Positions 39,708 through 54,655 of a stretch of DNA of 64,000 nucleotides are shown one piece after another. How positions within the stretch are numbered: position 1 is the stretch's first letter; every line of letters begins with the position of its first letter. The stretch is from Octopus sinensis. Its lineage: Eukaryota. Location: assembly GCF_006345805.1 (NCBI RefSeq), contig NC_043002.1:5146001-5210000 (forward strand). Direction: 5' to 3'. The notes beneath the pieces are model-generated. The model was given only the letters and a program-made list of their open reading frames with translations. It made no database searches and was not told the origin of the DNA. The position numbers and the translations under genes were made by a program.

Positions 39708-39759
<52 letters not shown>

Positions 39760-39917
39760 TTGTATGTATGTATATATATATATATATATATACACACATG
39801 TATATATGTATATATTTACGTATATATATTATATATATATATACATATATATATGTATATATGTACATATATACGTATATATATATGTATGTATATATAT
39901 ATATATATTTATATATA

Positions 39918-39958
<41 letters not shown>

Positions 39959-41170
39959 ATACCCAACACACATTCTATGCGGCAGACATCATCACCAACG
40001 CAATCACGTTAAGGGCAAAAACAACAAAAACAACAACAGCCGTATCAGCGATAAAACAAAAGAAGAAAAAAACAAAACAAAACGAATGAAAAGCGAAACG
40101 AAACCCGGCATTCATGAGTACACCTGAGCAAAAGTAACACCTCTCATCTATTTAATAATCGACAAAGGCTGTACGTTAGCTTAACTTGTTTTTGTTGTAC
40201 AAATTTCCTCTCTTATTAATAGTAATTATTAATAGTAATGCAACATTTCTAATTACTAAGCAATCCGTCTTGCTGTTTGTTATACAAATATACAACGAAC
40301 TAACGAGAGAACCTCTCCTCTATGTGGTAGCTCGTTCTACAAGATATAACAGCCAAATGTATGTAAATCACACCCTGCCATCAAAAACTATAAAAACGAA
40401 GCAGATTTGATAATGTATTGTAGATAGACTATGCCTAAATATAAGACGAGGTGGTCATGGCTGGAATGTCAACGATTACAAGTCGGTTCGATCAGCACTG
40501 AAACTGGATCCAAAGAAGAACAACATCAACGATAACAACAAATATGAATGTTTCCGGCAAACGAAGGAACTTCTTTTAGACGGTTTACCATTCATAGCTG
40601 AAACCCGTCTGCTCTTACAACTAACCCTGAGCTAGGACAGCGGTTGAATGACACCAGAATGTGTCTACACGCTTGTGGGACTGCTCACTTATTCTCTTAG
40701 GGCCACTGCTTCTCTGAGACACCCTATAAATTTACCTAGCATTGACATAAGGTTACACATTTCAGAAGATATGGCGTGGTCGACTTAATCGACCTCAGTA
40801 CTTTACTCTTTTTCATTTTTATCGGCCAAAACACGATAAAAACCGAGTTGTCCCTGGTGGAATTTAAGGTCAGATCATAAAGGGACATAAGCAAAACACC
40901 TAAGGCACTTTGTTATCTATCTTATTGATCCTACCATCTATCGCCCTTCTCAATACAATAATAACGAGTATTTAAAAAGAGGGGCTTAAAAACAAAGCTC
41001 TGCCTCTTGGGGAATTTCGAAATCTCAGCCGTTTCTTCACTTAGACAAATAATCCTTTCTACTATAGGCACAAAATCTGAAATTTTGCATAAGGGAGCTA
41101 ATTGATTGCATCGATCCTAGTACTTTACGAGTACTTTATTTTATTGGCTCCAATATTTTATTTTTAAAAA

Positions 41171-41418
41171 TGTTCCTTCTCGAGCCATGCCAGGCTCATA
41201 AGGGCCGGTTTCCCAGTTTCAGTGGCGTAGAAATTCCCCACCTGGACAGGACGCCAGTCCGTCGCAGCGTTACTCATTTTTGCCAGCTGACTAGACTGGA
41301 GCAACGTGAAATGAAGTGTTTTGCTCAAGAACACAACGCATCGCCCGGTTCAGGAATCGAAACCACAATCTTACGATCATGAGTTCAATACCCTAACCAC
41401 TAAGCCACGCGCCTCCAC
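41171..41418 (-). mobile_element. SINE D (tRNA head, CORE-like middle M2, V-like tail T3)
   Basis: GTTGTGTTCTTGAGCAAAACACTT...AAAATGAGTAAC then CTGCGACGGACTGGCGTCCTGTCCAGG...GAAACTGGGAAACCGGCCC. Confidence 0.8.
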
Positions 41419-41439
41419 CAATGTTTTATTGTTTCTTTG

Positions 41440-42345
41440 TTTTATCGACCTCGGCAGAATTTGAACTTATAACATAAAGACGGAAGAAATAATGCTTTCA
41501 AATTTTGCCACAAGGGCAGACATTTTTAGAGGAGGGGATGTATCGATTATATCGGCTCTAGTGTTCAACTAGTACTTAATTTATTGATACTGAAAGGATG
41601 AAAGGCAAAGTCGACCTCGGCAGATAAGCATTTAGCTCGGCGCGCTAATGAGTCTGCCAGTTCGTCGCCTTATAAAAGCCGGAAGAAATAATTATTTCTA
41701 CTATAGACACAAGGCCTGAAATGTGGTGGGAAGGGCCCAGTCGATTAGATCGATCCCAGTATGCAACTGGTAGTTAATTTATCGAAAGGCAGTCAACCTC
41801 GGCGGAATTTGAACCCAGAATGTAGCGATGGGCGAAATACTGCTAAGTATTTAGCCCGGTGTGTTAACGTTTCTTATTTCTTTATTGCCGACAAGGGGCT
41901 AAACATAGAGGGGACAAACAAGGACAGACAAAGAGATTAAGTCGATTACATCGACCCCAGTGCGTAACTGGTACTTAATTTATCGACCCCGAAAGGATGA
42001 AAGGCAAAGTCGACCTAAAAGCGTAAAGACAGACGAAATACCTATTTCTTTACTACCCACAAGGGGCTAAACACAGAGAGAGCAAACAAGGACAGACAAA
42101 TAGATTAAGTCGATTATATCGACCCCAGTGCGAAACTGGTACTTAATTTATCGAACCCTGAAAGGCAAAGTCGACCTCGGCGGAATTTGAACACAGAACG
42201 TAGCGATGGGCGAAATACCGCTAAGCATTTCGCCCGGCGTGCTAACGTTTCTGCCAGCTCGCCGCCTTATAAAAGATGGTAGAAATAATGCAAAGCATCA
42301 TTCTTGCTCGGCTTGCTCCCGATTCTGACAACTCTCCGCCTTGAC
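41440..42345 (-). mobile_element. Nested SINE B cluster: old B split by a B2 copy and a B trimer
   Basis: The motif TAAAAGNNGG(A/T)AGAAATAAT recurs three times (~41476, 41672, 42269). The old head lies at 42290-42345 and its body at 41440-41495. Confidence 0.75.
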
Positions 42346-42949
42346 TTGAATAAATAATAAACGCGACGTCATTGTCATGCTATCGCTACTTAACTATTTA
42401 TTCAACTATTTTTGTTAGTTTCCACCAAAAGATAGCTTTGAACGCCACTTCCTAGTTTTAGTGTACTATGATTATAAACCGACAGATTAAGTTACATAAC
42501 ACACATTAGAAAATACCGGTTAATTAATTCTGAATAAGATGTTTATTTTAATCTTGTACTCGGTGACCTAACAATAACGAAATCGTACGTGTGTGCCACC
42601 GCTTGGTGATTGCCTGCGATCCGGAGTGAGTGGAGATGTATTTGCTAAATAGAATTTTGTATAAGTCTTTTGATCGTATCTCAGAGAAATATTAATCCCG
42701 GTGAAGCTGTAAATAAATGATGTAACTCAAACTCTCAGGAATTACCTGTGGTTAATAATAGTAGATATTCGTATCTCTTTGCATTTAAAGAGAACATTCA
42801 AGAAAGTTGTAGGTGTCAATAAAATCTAGTTACTGCGAAGATTGAAAAAAGTCTAATGTTTCAGACATGAGGTCATTGGACGGATTATTAGATTAGTAGT
42901 GTGTGGGAGTTTAAGAGAGAAGTGAAAGAAGTTTAAAAGGTAAGAACTG

Positions 42950-42959
42950 GATGGATGGA

Positions 42960-42999
<40 letters not shown>

Positions 43000-43190
43000 C
43001 GATGATGATGACGATGATGACGACGATGATGATGATGATGACAATGATGATGATGACGATGATGATGATGACGACGACGATGATAATGATGATGATGATG
43101 ATGATGATGACAATGATGATGATGACGATGATGATGATGACGACGACGATGCTGATGACGATGATGACGATGATGATGATGATGATTACA
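42950..43190. repeat. (GAT/GAC)n trinucleotide array
   Basis: Seen directly. Includes a 69-bp internal duplication. Confidence 0.97.
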
Positions 43191-44081
43191 TTGAATTAGA
43201 AATGCAGGAAGCGAAGTGTGGTTTGTGGTTGAGGAGATCTGAGAGAAAGTTGGTTAATGTGAGAGGCAGAGTTTGGCATGAATTAATTAAGGAGAAATTC
43301 TTCTTGGCATGACAGGTACTTGGCATGGGAGGTAGGCCTGGTAGTATTTAGTGTGAGTTAACCAGCGATGAGCACACAGCCACACAAATGAACACGAAGG
43401 CAATGGAATGATGTGGAGGCAGTCATGGGCTGTTGCAGTGAGGTGGGTGACGGAATTAGAGAAGTTGGCGACGAGTGTTTAGACCTCACTCGGATGAGGA
43501 TCGAATCGACTGGCTTCGTTGTTATTTATTCACTTGCCCATCCCTTCCAAAACCCCAAGATGCAAGAGCAGAAAGTACCTTATGAAAATCTAAGTAAAAT
43601 TGTACCAGGCGTCACTCCTCAGTATAAGGGTTCCAGATTAAGTTCCGCCATAAAATTTCTAGAGACCTATAAAAATTGGATTATGAGTCTTACCTGAAGA
43701 TTAGACAGATTAATTCCGCATCAGAAACTTTAGATGACTCCATCTATATATATTTCTTTTTTCAGAAAAATTCACGTAATATTTCATCTTCCTCTTGAAA
43801 AGTTGGTTTTCTAAGTTACACACACACACACATAGACACGCGCACGCGCGTATATGTGTATACATATGTATATACATATTGTTATGCATATTTATATGTA
43901 CTTATTTGCATATTTATATGTGTATATATGGCATATATGTATGTCTATATAAAAAACTTATATATTTATATATACACACATATGTATGTATATATATATA
44001 TGTATATATATGTGTATATATATGTATATATATATACATATGTATATATATACATATGTATGTGTATGTATATGTACATAT

Positions 44082-44249
44082 TAGCCACTACACACATGTT
44101 TTTCTCTCCTTGTTTTTTCTGTGTCCCTTTCTGTAGAAGAGCATAGGCTCGAAACGTAAAAGACTTTTTCTATTCCTGAGCGTTATACTAATACATCTGT
44201 TTCTTTTGTACACCACCTGTCTTCGTCTTTTGTTTTTTTCGTAAACTCT

Positions 44250-44252
<3 letters not shown>
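44082..44252 (+). mobile_element. Family 2 PLE-like 3'-end element
   Basis: CTTT-CTGTAGA-A-GAGC-atag-GCTC-GAAA-CGTA-AAAG at 44127-44162. Ends AAACTCTCCC then (TA)n. Confidence 0.68.
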
Positions 44253-44335
<83 letters not shown>

Positions 44336-44887
44336 CATACGCACACACACATGCATACACGCACACATAAACACACAAATCAGTGCTGCAGCATGCTAGA
44401 AAAGAAATGGTGTGTCGAAAAAGGACCAAGTGGAGGTGCTTAACCCAACAATGGATTAAATTTATTAAAAGACTTTGCTTGCCTTGAGGCAATGAATAGG
44501 AAGCAATCCAAGTAGACATGCAGTGGAATCAAGACCAAAAACTCATATCAGTGCACTGAATGTCGATCTTATGACCAAAGATATCTGGCAATACACAATA
44601 AATGTCAAGTCATCAGTTATATCCTACTTCGTGGTTTCAGGAATTTTCAAGAAACTGCTAAAGTTCAAAGCAGATAACGACACATACACACACGCGCAAG
44701 TACGAACGAACGCACGCACGCACACACACAAATACCACAACAGATCTCAGAATTCGTAGCTGCCATAGATACCATGTTAATGATATTACACATATAAGCT
44801 GTAGTTTTAGCAATTGCCTGTATAACGAACATAATGCTAGATGCAGAAATAAATACATAGTTGGGGTTTAAAATAAATTCTGCGGAA

Positions 44888-45300
44888 GCAGACATGGTTG
44901 TGTGGTAAGAAGCTTGCTTGCCGACCACATGGTTCCTGGTTCAGACCCACTGCGTGGTACCTTGGATAAGTCTCATTTTACTATAGCCTCGGGTCGACCA
45001 AAGCCTTGTGAGTGGATTTGGGTGAGGGAAACTGAAAGATGCCCGTCGTATATATGTGTATATGTGTGTGTTTGTGTGTGTGTGTCTTTGTGTCTGTATT
45101 ATCCCTCCGTCACCGCTTGACAACCGGTGCTGTTGTGTTTACGTCCCAGTAACTTAGCGGTTCGGCAAAAGAGATCGATAGAATAAGGACCAAGCTTAAA
45201 AAAAAGTACTGGGATTGATTCATACGACAAAAATCAAAAATTCTCCAAAGCGGTGCCCCAGCATGACCACAGTCTAATGACTGAAACATGTAAAAAAATA
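44888..45300 (+). mobile_element. SINE A full length, diverged
   Basis: Head, microsatellite and tail. Confidence 0.88.
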
Positions 45301-45994
45301 AAAAACAATCAGAATAAATGTCACGGCAGAACACACAAAGAATTTTGTATTAGAAATCGTAGCGTGAAGGCATTCACTTTGTAATCAAGTGGTTATGACC
45401 TCGAATCCATTGAGCAACGCCTTGGCAACTGTCTTTTCCCATAACTTTAGATGAATCCAAGCTTTGTGTTTGATATTGGGTAGACGGAAACTGTGCAGAA
45501 GCTTATCAGAAGACTGTACCTGCTCTTGAGAAATAGTCTTAATCTGTTACCAGGTTTAAAAGTACTGTCTGGCCCTCGATTATGTTTACTAGAGTCCATC
45601 TCGTTGCAGGGATTAGAAGTATGTCTTGAGATGGAAGATAACTCGATATCTTAATACTGTACTGCTTCTTGCCAGCAATCTATCGGCAGGGCTTTCTTCC
45701 TCCTTTTTTCTCCTCACCAATCTTAGAGGCTCTGTTGAAAGACCAAGTGATTTGGCTCTATTCCTGACACTTTGTCTTTGGTCCTCGGCGGTTCGACTAC
45801 AAGGATTCAGTTGATCGATCGACTGGATGACCAGCTCCTGAGCTTTCTGAGGCGTGTGTAAAGAAATAGGATTGTTCAGGGAATAAATAATTCAGAGGAT
45901 TGATACTACCCACATTCAGGAACACACGTTGGACCAACATTTCCTCTCCGGCGTGCTAACGATTCTGCCAGCTGGTCACCTTCTTTTCATTAAA

Positions 45995-46579
45995 TATATT
46001 GGTTTCAAATTTTGACACAAGGCCAGCAGGTTTGGGGAACGGAGTAAGTCGATTATATTGACCCCAGTGCTCAACTGGTACTTACTTTGTCGACCCTGAG
46101 AGGATGAAAAGCAAAGTCGACCTCGGTGGAATTTGAACTCAGAACGTAAAGACGGACGAAATACCTATTTCCTTACTACCCACAAGGGACTAAACACAGA
46201 GAGGACAAACACGGACAGACAAACGGATTAAGTCGATTATATTAACCCCAGTGCGTAACTGGTACTTATTTAATCGACCCCGAAAGGATGAAAGGCAAAG
46301 TCGACCTCGGCGGAATTTGAAATCAGAATGTAGCGGCAGACGAAATACCTATTTTTTTACTACCCACAAAGGGCTAAACACAGAGGGGACAAACAAGGAC
46401 AGACAAACGGATTAAGTCGATTATATCGACCCCAGTGCGTAACTGGTACTTAATTTATCGACCCCGAAAGGATGAAAGGCAAAGTCGACCTCGGCGGAAT
46501 TTGACCTCAGAACGTAACGGCAGACGAAATACGGCTACGCATTTCGCCCGGCGTGCTAACGTTTCTGCCAGCCGGCCAC
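45995..46579 (-). mobile_element. SINE B trimer (B1-B1-B2)
   Basis: Two junctions of the type AAATA-GGTATTTCGTC. The 3'-most unit has the B2 tail. Confidence 0.9.
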
Positions 46580-47216
46580 TTTACCTGTATGAAATATATC
46601 AACTCTTACTTGCATATTGAGAGATCATTAGAGATTACTAGGCCAAGCACTGATAGTGATGTTGAAGGTGAGCTTTAGTTGCTAAACATTACATAAAACG
46701 TCTTCATGGTAGCCATAGTAGAAGCCGCAATAAAAAAACATAAAGGAAAAAGCAAAAATAAAAAAACAAATAAGAAAAATCAAGACGGATGTTATTCTGT
46801 AAGGTATTAAACGGTGGGGGTGGCTTTCTTTAACTTAAATGATGACATAGTATTTTGATAATCCTGTAGTGGTGAAGGGTTTCAGGACATAATCCAAATG
46901 AAAGCAGATTTACTGATTCACTAAAGGTATTAAACTGATATATTGGGTGTTTAGGAAGACCACCGAATCCTTTAAGTCAGATTTTCATTTCAATTAATGT
47001 CATTATATCGTTACTTCTCTTTCTTTTCATAACAAGAATATAAAGAAAATCCAAATGCTAGCATACATACATACATAATACACGCACACACACACACATA
47101 CGCACGCATGCGTAAATACACAAATACACATGCGCTTTTACATCAATAATATAGATCACTACTATTCAATAAAGTACCAAAATTGTGAGCATAAGTTTTG
47201 TACAATACACTACACT

Positions 47217-47249
<33 letters not shown>

Positions 47250-47409
47250 GGGACAGTTTACGAAAAAAAAAACAAAAGACGAAGACAGGTGGTGTACAAA
47301 ACAAACAGATGTATTAGTATAGCGCTCAGGAATAGAAAAACTCTTTTACGTTTCGAGCCTACGCTCTTCTACAGAAAGGGACACAGAAGAAAACAAGGAG
47401 AGAAAAAAA
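47250..47409 (-). mobile_element. Family 2 PLE-like 3'-end element
   Basis: Hammerhead-like motif at 47343-47378. Ends AAACTGTCCC then TATATA. Confidence 0.68.
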
Positions 47410-47434
47410 AATATATATTTATTTTTTTTTTATT

Positions 47435-47852
47435 TTTTAGCTGTTTCAGTCAGTTGACTGGCCATACTGTAGCACCACCTTAAAGTGTTTTAGTCAAACA
47501 AATCGACTCCAGGACTTATTCTTTGTATGCCTAGCACTTATTCTATCGGCCTCTTTGCCGAACCGTTAAGTTATGGGGACGTAAATACACCAACATCAGT
47601 TGTCAAGCGATGGTGATGGGACAACAAAGATACAAAGACACACAAAATATATAAATACGCAAACATACATAAATACACCCACACGCATATATATACTACG
47701 GGCTTCTTTCAGTTTCCTTCTCTCAAATCCACTCACAAGGCTTTGGTCGGCTCGAGGATATAGTAGATGACACTTGCCCAAGATGCCACGCAGTGGGATT
47801 GAACCAGGAAACTTGTGGTTGGGAAGCAAGCTTCTTACCACTCAGTCACGCC
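47435..47852 (-). mobile_element. SINE A full length, diverged
   Basis: Reverse head and tail. Confidence 0.88.
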
Positions 47853-47942
47853 TATATATATGATTTTTCAGATTTTTTGTATGCTAGACTACTGGTTTTA
47901 AATTGATATTAAAATTAATATTAATTTATCTCCCTCATTATT

Positions 47943-48019
<77 letters not shown>

Positions 48020-48112
48020 GTACGTATGTATGCATGTATGTATGCATGTATGTATGTATATATGTATGTATGTATGTATCTATCTCTCTCTCTCTTTCTC
48101 TCTCTGTCTCTG

Positions 48113-48195
<83 letters not shown>

Positions 48196-48199
<4 letters not shown>

Positions 48200-48433
48200 T
48201 TTTTTCCGTCCTTGTTCTTGTATACATTCGCTGCTTTCTTCCAAGGAATCTAATGCTCTTATGTTAGTTTTTCCTTGGGGCTGGCCAGATTGGAGCAATC
48301 TCAAGTATAATCAGCCGAAATTGCGAAGATAATCTGGTACTTGACTGAAGAAAGAAAACTTCGAATGACCCATCGTTGTTTTCTTTGTATCGTCTATCTG
48401 GATGTTTTGCGTTCTTGTCACATTTTGTATTTC
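48196..48433. other. Unclassified ~240-bp insert within (TA)n
   Basis: Non-repetitive block bounded by (TA)n on both sides. No convincing ribozyme core. Confidence 0.3.
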
Positions 48434-49068
48434 ATATATATATATATATCATGTAAAAGTCGACCCTAGTATTTCGCGAACAACAGAATAACATTTGTAT
48501 TCTCCTGTACATAGAAATAACAGCGTTACAAAATTGTGTGGCTACGTTACTGTAGCCTGCTCTGTAGGTGGAATGCTTGGTGCTTATAACGTAATGATTG
48601 GTACTTATAGTAAAACACCATTTAATAGCGATCACTACACATCTGTTGATGGGTGCTACATTACCGTTACTAAAATATATGCACAGGATATGCTGCAAGC
48701 CTTTATACATCTTAAAGCACAATAAACACATGCGCCATACACTCGTTGTTTACCTGGTGAGAAACGTGTTTCACAGACAGCAATATCAGTAAACACTGGC
48801 AAACGCCACTGCCTGAATTCGCACAAAGGTCTGACTTTGATAAGCCTAAAACATTCAATCAATCGCTAGATCAGTGGTTCCCATGCGACCTTTATATTTT
48901 CCTCATCTCCAAATACAATAAACACATGCGTCATACGCTCGTCTGTTTACATGGAGAGAAACGTGTTTCACAGACATGCTGTCAGCAAACAACGGCAAAC
49001 ACCACTGCATGAATTCGTACAGAGGCATGACTTCGGTAAGCCTAAAAACATTTAGTTAATCGCTAGAT

Positions 49069-49187
49069 CAACGGTTCCTAAACATTTTTTACTGCGGAAT
49101 CCTTCGACATTATTTTCAAAAACCTGAAATCCCTGATAAATTTCAGGGAATCCTGGGGTTTTGCAGAACACATTTTGGGAATCCCTG
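49069..49187. mobile_element. Short hAT-like MITE
   Basis: Ends CAACGGTTCCTAAAC / TTTTGGGAATCCCTG resemble CAGTGGTTCCCAAAC-type TIRs. TSD degenerate. Confidence 0.45.
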
Positions 49188-49509
49188 CTCCATATTAACA
49201 ACCCTCCACCACATTATGGACATTTACTGGCAGCTGCACATGAGAGCAACGGGGTCTTGTTTATGGGTTTTGTTATTTACTAGGACGCGTGTTTTGATGC
49301 ATAGAACTGGTAATATTACTGTAAGCCATTGCTTTTATTCGCTTAGAAATCAGTTGGGCTTCTGCTGTTGATGCGGTACTTCAGATTCTAGCTTGAATTT
49401 CAGTCCCTCAAAAGTGGTATCCATATAATAGTTGAACCCATTAGTTTGACCTTAAAAGATGGTCTAAATAATTCGACTTATACACGAGTATATACGGTAT
49501 ATAAAATAT

Positions 49510-49830
49510 TTTTATGTGATTAGCCCTGGCATTAACTGTAGAACTAGAAATGTAGTCTACAACTTAGGGTGCATAGAGGCTGCTTGTAAAGACAAGAACA
49601 TGACATATATTGGCGAGACATCTAGAAGCATTGCGGAAAGATTAAATGCACATTCGAGACAATATGACGACAGAAAAAATCAGTCCACCGTACTCTACAA
49701 ACATGCCTAAGACGAACATGGAGGCATTCTGGGTCGACTTGACATCTGCATTTTATCCAAGCAACACTCAGACAAATACAGGAGTACGTCCTCATAAAAG
49801 AAACATCCACCGTACAAAATAGGACATACA
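49510..49830 (+). mobile_element. Penelope-like GIY-YIG endonuclease remnant
   Basis: INCRTRNVVYNLGC..C..TYIGETSRSIAERLNAH, followed by stops. Confidence 0.8.
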
Positions 49831-50138
49831 CGTAGAAGGCAGTGATACCACATAATACTCTTTATTGCCTGCTTCCTGATCACTGGAATCCACTCTTCTC
49901 CATTTTCAAATCAGATCTTCGCAGTGAATCATGAATACGTTACAGCTTTTAAAATTTCTTCCGTGTATCATACATTAAATATGATACATAGATAACTATT
50001 TTAATTTAATATTACTTCAAATTGCGTACAACACACACACAAAACGCACATACCTTTCCACGCGCACGCGCACACATACACATTCCTGACTGTCTATCTA
50101 TCTATCTATGTATCTATCTATCTATCTATCTATCAACA

Positions 50139-50221
<83 letters not shown>

Positions 50222-50330
50222 TTATCTATCTATCTATATATCTATATATCTATCTATGTGTATCCATCTCCGTTTCTTTCTTTCTCTCTCTCCCTTTTCT
50301 CTTTCTTCCTTTCTCTCTCTCTCTCTCTCT

Positions 50331-50361
<31 letters not shown>

Positions 50362-50435
50362 GCATATATATATGTATATATGTATGTATGTATGCATGTA
50401 TGTATGTATGTATCTATATATCTACCTATCTATCT

Positions 50436-50493
<58 letters not shown>

Positions 50494-51015
50494 TATAGAT
50501 CTTGCCACACTCACATACATACTTTCGCATTTATATACCTTTTCACACAGAATTATTTAATAGCCGCATAACTAATTAGATTTATGTATTATTAAATTAG
50601 AAAGTGAATAAACGAACAAGATTAAAGAGAATACCTGCCTAACGTGACAAACATGCTATTCTATCGTTTCCTTTATTTTTGATTTTGGTTATGCTCTTGG
50701 GTTACACACACTCACACACATACTTATATGCATTCCTCAAACAATACTGGCTCATTAACAAATTAGCAATTAGATTATCAATTAGATAACGACTCTACTG
50801 CTTATGTTTGATGTAAGCAAGTTTTTCCCCTCATATATTGCAGCACATGTTGCAAATAAAAAGTCTTGCTACCTGTGAGGTGTTCAAAGATCATCAACGT
50901 AAGTTCTTCCGTCTTCATGTTGGACCTCAGCAAATTAGGGATCCAGCCCTTCTGCGCGTCATCATGAGAAGGGGCATCGCCTCTTAACGTCCTGAGATCA
51001 GCTGGCACCCTAGTC

Positions 51016-51295
51016 TTTTTGTTCCTTCTCGAGCCATGCCTGGCTCGTAAGGGACGGTTTCCCCGGTTTCCTTGGCGTGTAGGTTCCACACCTGGACGGG
51101 ACGCCGGTCCGTCGCAGGTGAGCTGCAAGATGCAGGAGGAAAGAGTGAGAGAAAGTTGTGGCGAAAGAGTCAGCAGAAGTTTTCCATTACCTTCTGCTGG
51201 AGCCGCATGGAGCTTAGGTGTTTCGCTCATAAACACACACATCGCCCGGTCTGAGATTCGAACCGGCGATCCCTCGACTAGGCCATGTGCCTCCA
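51016..51295 (-). mobile_element. SINE D (head with deletion, middle M1, tail T3)
   Basis: The middle matches 6490-6600 and the tail matches 41171-41265. Confidence 0.8.
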
Positions 51296-52439
51296 TCCCT
51301 AGTCTCCCTCGTACGGAGTGATCCAGAAAACGTCATCAGTCTCTAAGTCACAGAACTCTCTTTCTTGAGACAGGCGAGTTTATCATGATTCTTTTGTTCA
51401 TAGCAATGTTTTTTATGAGGTAGGATTTCTAAAGATACAGCACAAACCTAAGAACCAAGTCTATATTTAGCTATCTTTTACTATGACATTTCTATACACA
51501 AACAGTTAATGCTGTTCTTTGTATCCTGTGGAGAGAATACCCACACCCACACGGGGGATTTCTCAGATATCATTAACACTAAGTTGTCGCTGATTCATTC
51601 TCTCGAAGCGCAAAACAGATAAAACACCGGCAGCTTGTACGTCTGGTGTTTAGTTACTTTTCAGTGCAAAGTTCAAAATACCCTATTAACTATTGTACAG
51701 ATAAAAGGATGTCAGGATGGTAACAGTAGTACTATTGTTACAAGTGACAGGAACTGACATGCTTCACTCGCTCTTCTCAAACAGATCTATAATGAAAAGG
51801 GTTCCAGCCATGACCATCCCATCTTTTTTCTATCCTAGAGTGTCTAAAACAATATTATACAATCTATCTTATCGCTATTTTTTTAGATGGTAGGAGTGAA
51901 ATTTGAGGGTGATTTGGCACCCATTTCTGACAGGTTGAGTGATCACATAATCTACCTCATTGGTTCCCACCCGCTCTCTCTCCCTTGTTTTTCTAGATGA
52001 CTCCTGATCAAGATCAAGAAGTATGATAAAAATTCCAGCTTCGATTATCCTTATTTTTTACCCCAAAACATAGTGTATCTACGGCTACATTGTTTCACGT
52101 GTCCTTCGCTTCACCTTTAAGACTGCAAAAAGTCGGGGTAAATATAACTGCTATTTCTACAAGGCGATCTATAATCTGAAGGATTCTTCGCCTCCTCCAT
52201 CCCCAGTCATTATCATAATCTAGCATTTTCTATATATATGGAGCTGACCGGATCAATAACAGAGATCGACCCGCAGTAAGGAGGTGTTGCGGGTCATATC
52301 GCATCGTCGCGAGTCAAGGGCACGTAACTCTCACTTGCAAACCGTCACACTGAGTGGTTCATCCCGTGAAGAGTAAATAATGACACCACCAAACCATTTA
52401 CCACCATTTTCATCACATACCCCTACCATCACTTCATGA

Positions 52440-52740
52440 TCATCATCATCATCAGTATGCTACCATTATCATCTTCTTCCACCTCCTCCGCCTTATCACC
52501 ATCATCAACATCCCCTCAACTATCACCACTCCCCCCATCATCTCCACACCACCACCACTACTTTCACCATCATCCCCACAATCATCTTCACATCACCACC
52601 GCCGCCACCACCTCCACCAACACCACCACCACCACCACCACACCACCACCACCACCACCACCACCACCACCACCACCACCACCACCACCACCACCACCAC
52701 AACCAACACCACCACCACCACCACAGCCGCCACCACCATA
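52440..52740. repeat. (CAT/CAC/CCA)n trinucleotide array
   Basis: Seen directly. Source of the poly-Pro/Thr pseudo-ORF. Confidence 0.93.
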
Positions 52741-52904
52741 GCTGCCGTCGTTAACTAGATTAATTAACGAGTCAGTAAATTAATATATCGTGGGTTCCCC
52801 TCAGTCAATTTCTTACAATTTCTACCTCTGAGACACCAAGGAGACGAGACGAGCTCAGTTAGCGTGCACCAACAGAGAGAGACTCCTCACTCCGTTCTAG
52901 TGTG

Positions 52905-53322
52905 GGGTGTGTGTGTATGTATGTATGTATGTATGTGTGTGTATGTATGTATATATGTATGTGTGTATGTATGTATGTATGTGAGTATGTATGTATGTAT
53001 GTATGTATGTATGTGTGTATGTATGTGTGTGTGTATGTATGTATGTATGTATGTATGTATGTATGTATGTATGTATGTATGTGTGTATGTATGTATGTAT
53101 GTGTGTGTGTATGTATGTATGTATGTATGTATGTGTGTATGTATGTATGTATGTATTGTATGTATGTATGTATGTGTATATGTATGTATGTATGTATGTT
53201 TGTATGTTTGTATGTATGTATGTATGTATATATGTATGTATGTATGTTTGTATGTATGTATGTATGTATGTATGTTTGTATGTATGTATGTATGTGTGTG
53301 TGTGTATGTATGTATGTATGTA

Positions 53323-53354
<32 letters not shown>

Positions 53355-53478
53355 CATGTATGTATGTACGTACGTACGTACGTATGTATGTATGTATGTA
53401 TGTATGTATGTATGTATGTATGTATGTATGTATGTATGTATGTATGTATGTGTGTATGTATGCATGTATGTATGTATG
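52905..53478. repeat. (TATG)n microsatellite
   Basis: Seen directly. Confidence 0.97.
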
Positions 53479-53958
53479 CCTCGACTGCTATGTGGTAGTC
53501 TAACATTCTACTAGCCTACATTAGTCTCAACACACGAACAACCATCAACCAGCAGGTACATAGATATCTTAGACGTCGGTGAAGGATTCCGAGACGTGGC
53601 ATTCGATATAAATAAATATCCTATGTAAACATTGCAATGAACAGATTTTTTTTCCTATATAAACAGATGGTTTATATAATCTCATATTGGCCATGAGGTT
53701 CTATATAAAGATGTTGAAGAGGCAGAAATGGCAGTTGGTCTCAAAGCATTTAGCAGTCTTTCCATATCTGAGTTCATTTCTACGAGGAGGGTCGATAAAC
53801 TATGTGTAATTGTGGTAATAACGTGTTTCATTAAACTGATTCTATACCGCCCCCACTGTCGGGGAAAATGGCATTGTCCCAAGATAAAGGAAATTAATAT
53901 CTTGTAAATAAACTTAGGAACACACACGAGAGAGAGAGAGTGCGCACACATATATGAC

Positions 53959-54655
<697 letters not shown>

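Noticed and set aside
42853-43312. Poly-Asp/Ser/Met ORFs
   Set aside because: A pure (GAT)n array with no flanking coding context or splice signals.
45520-45840. Minus-strand 70-codon open stretch (..SPADRLLARSSTVL..)
   Set aside because: Only a vague resemblance to retroelement ORFs, with no diagnostic motif or splice sites.
52268-52295. GC hairpin with loop TAAGGAGGTG (perfect Shine-Dalgarno)
   Set aside because: No downstream ORF or other bacterial signal. Treated as chance.
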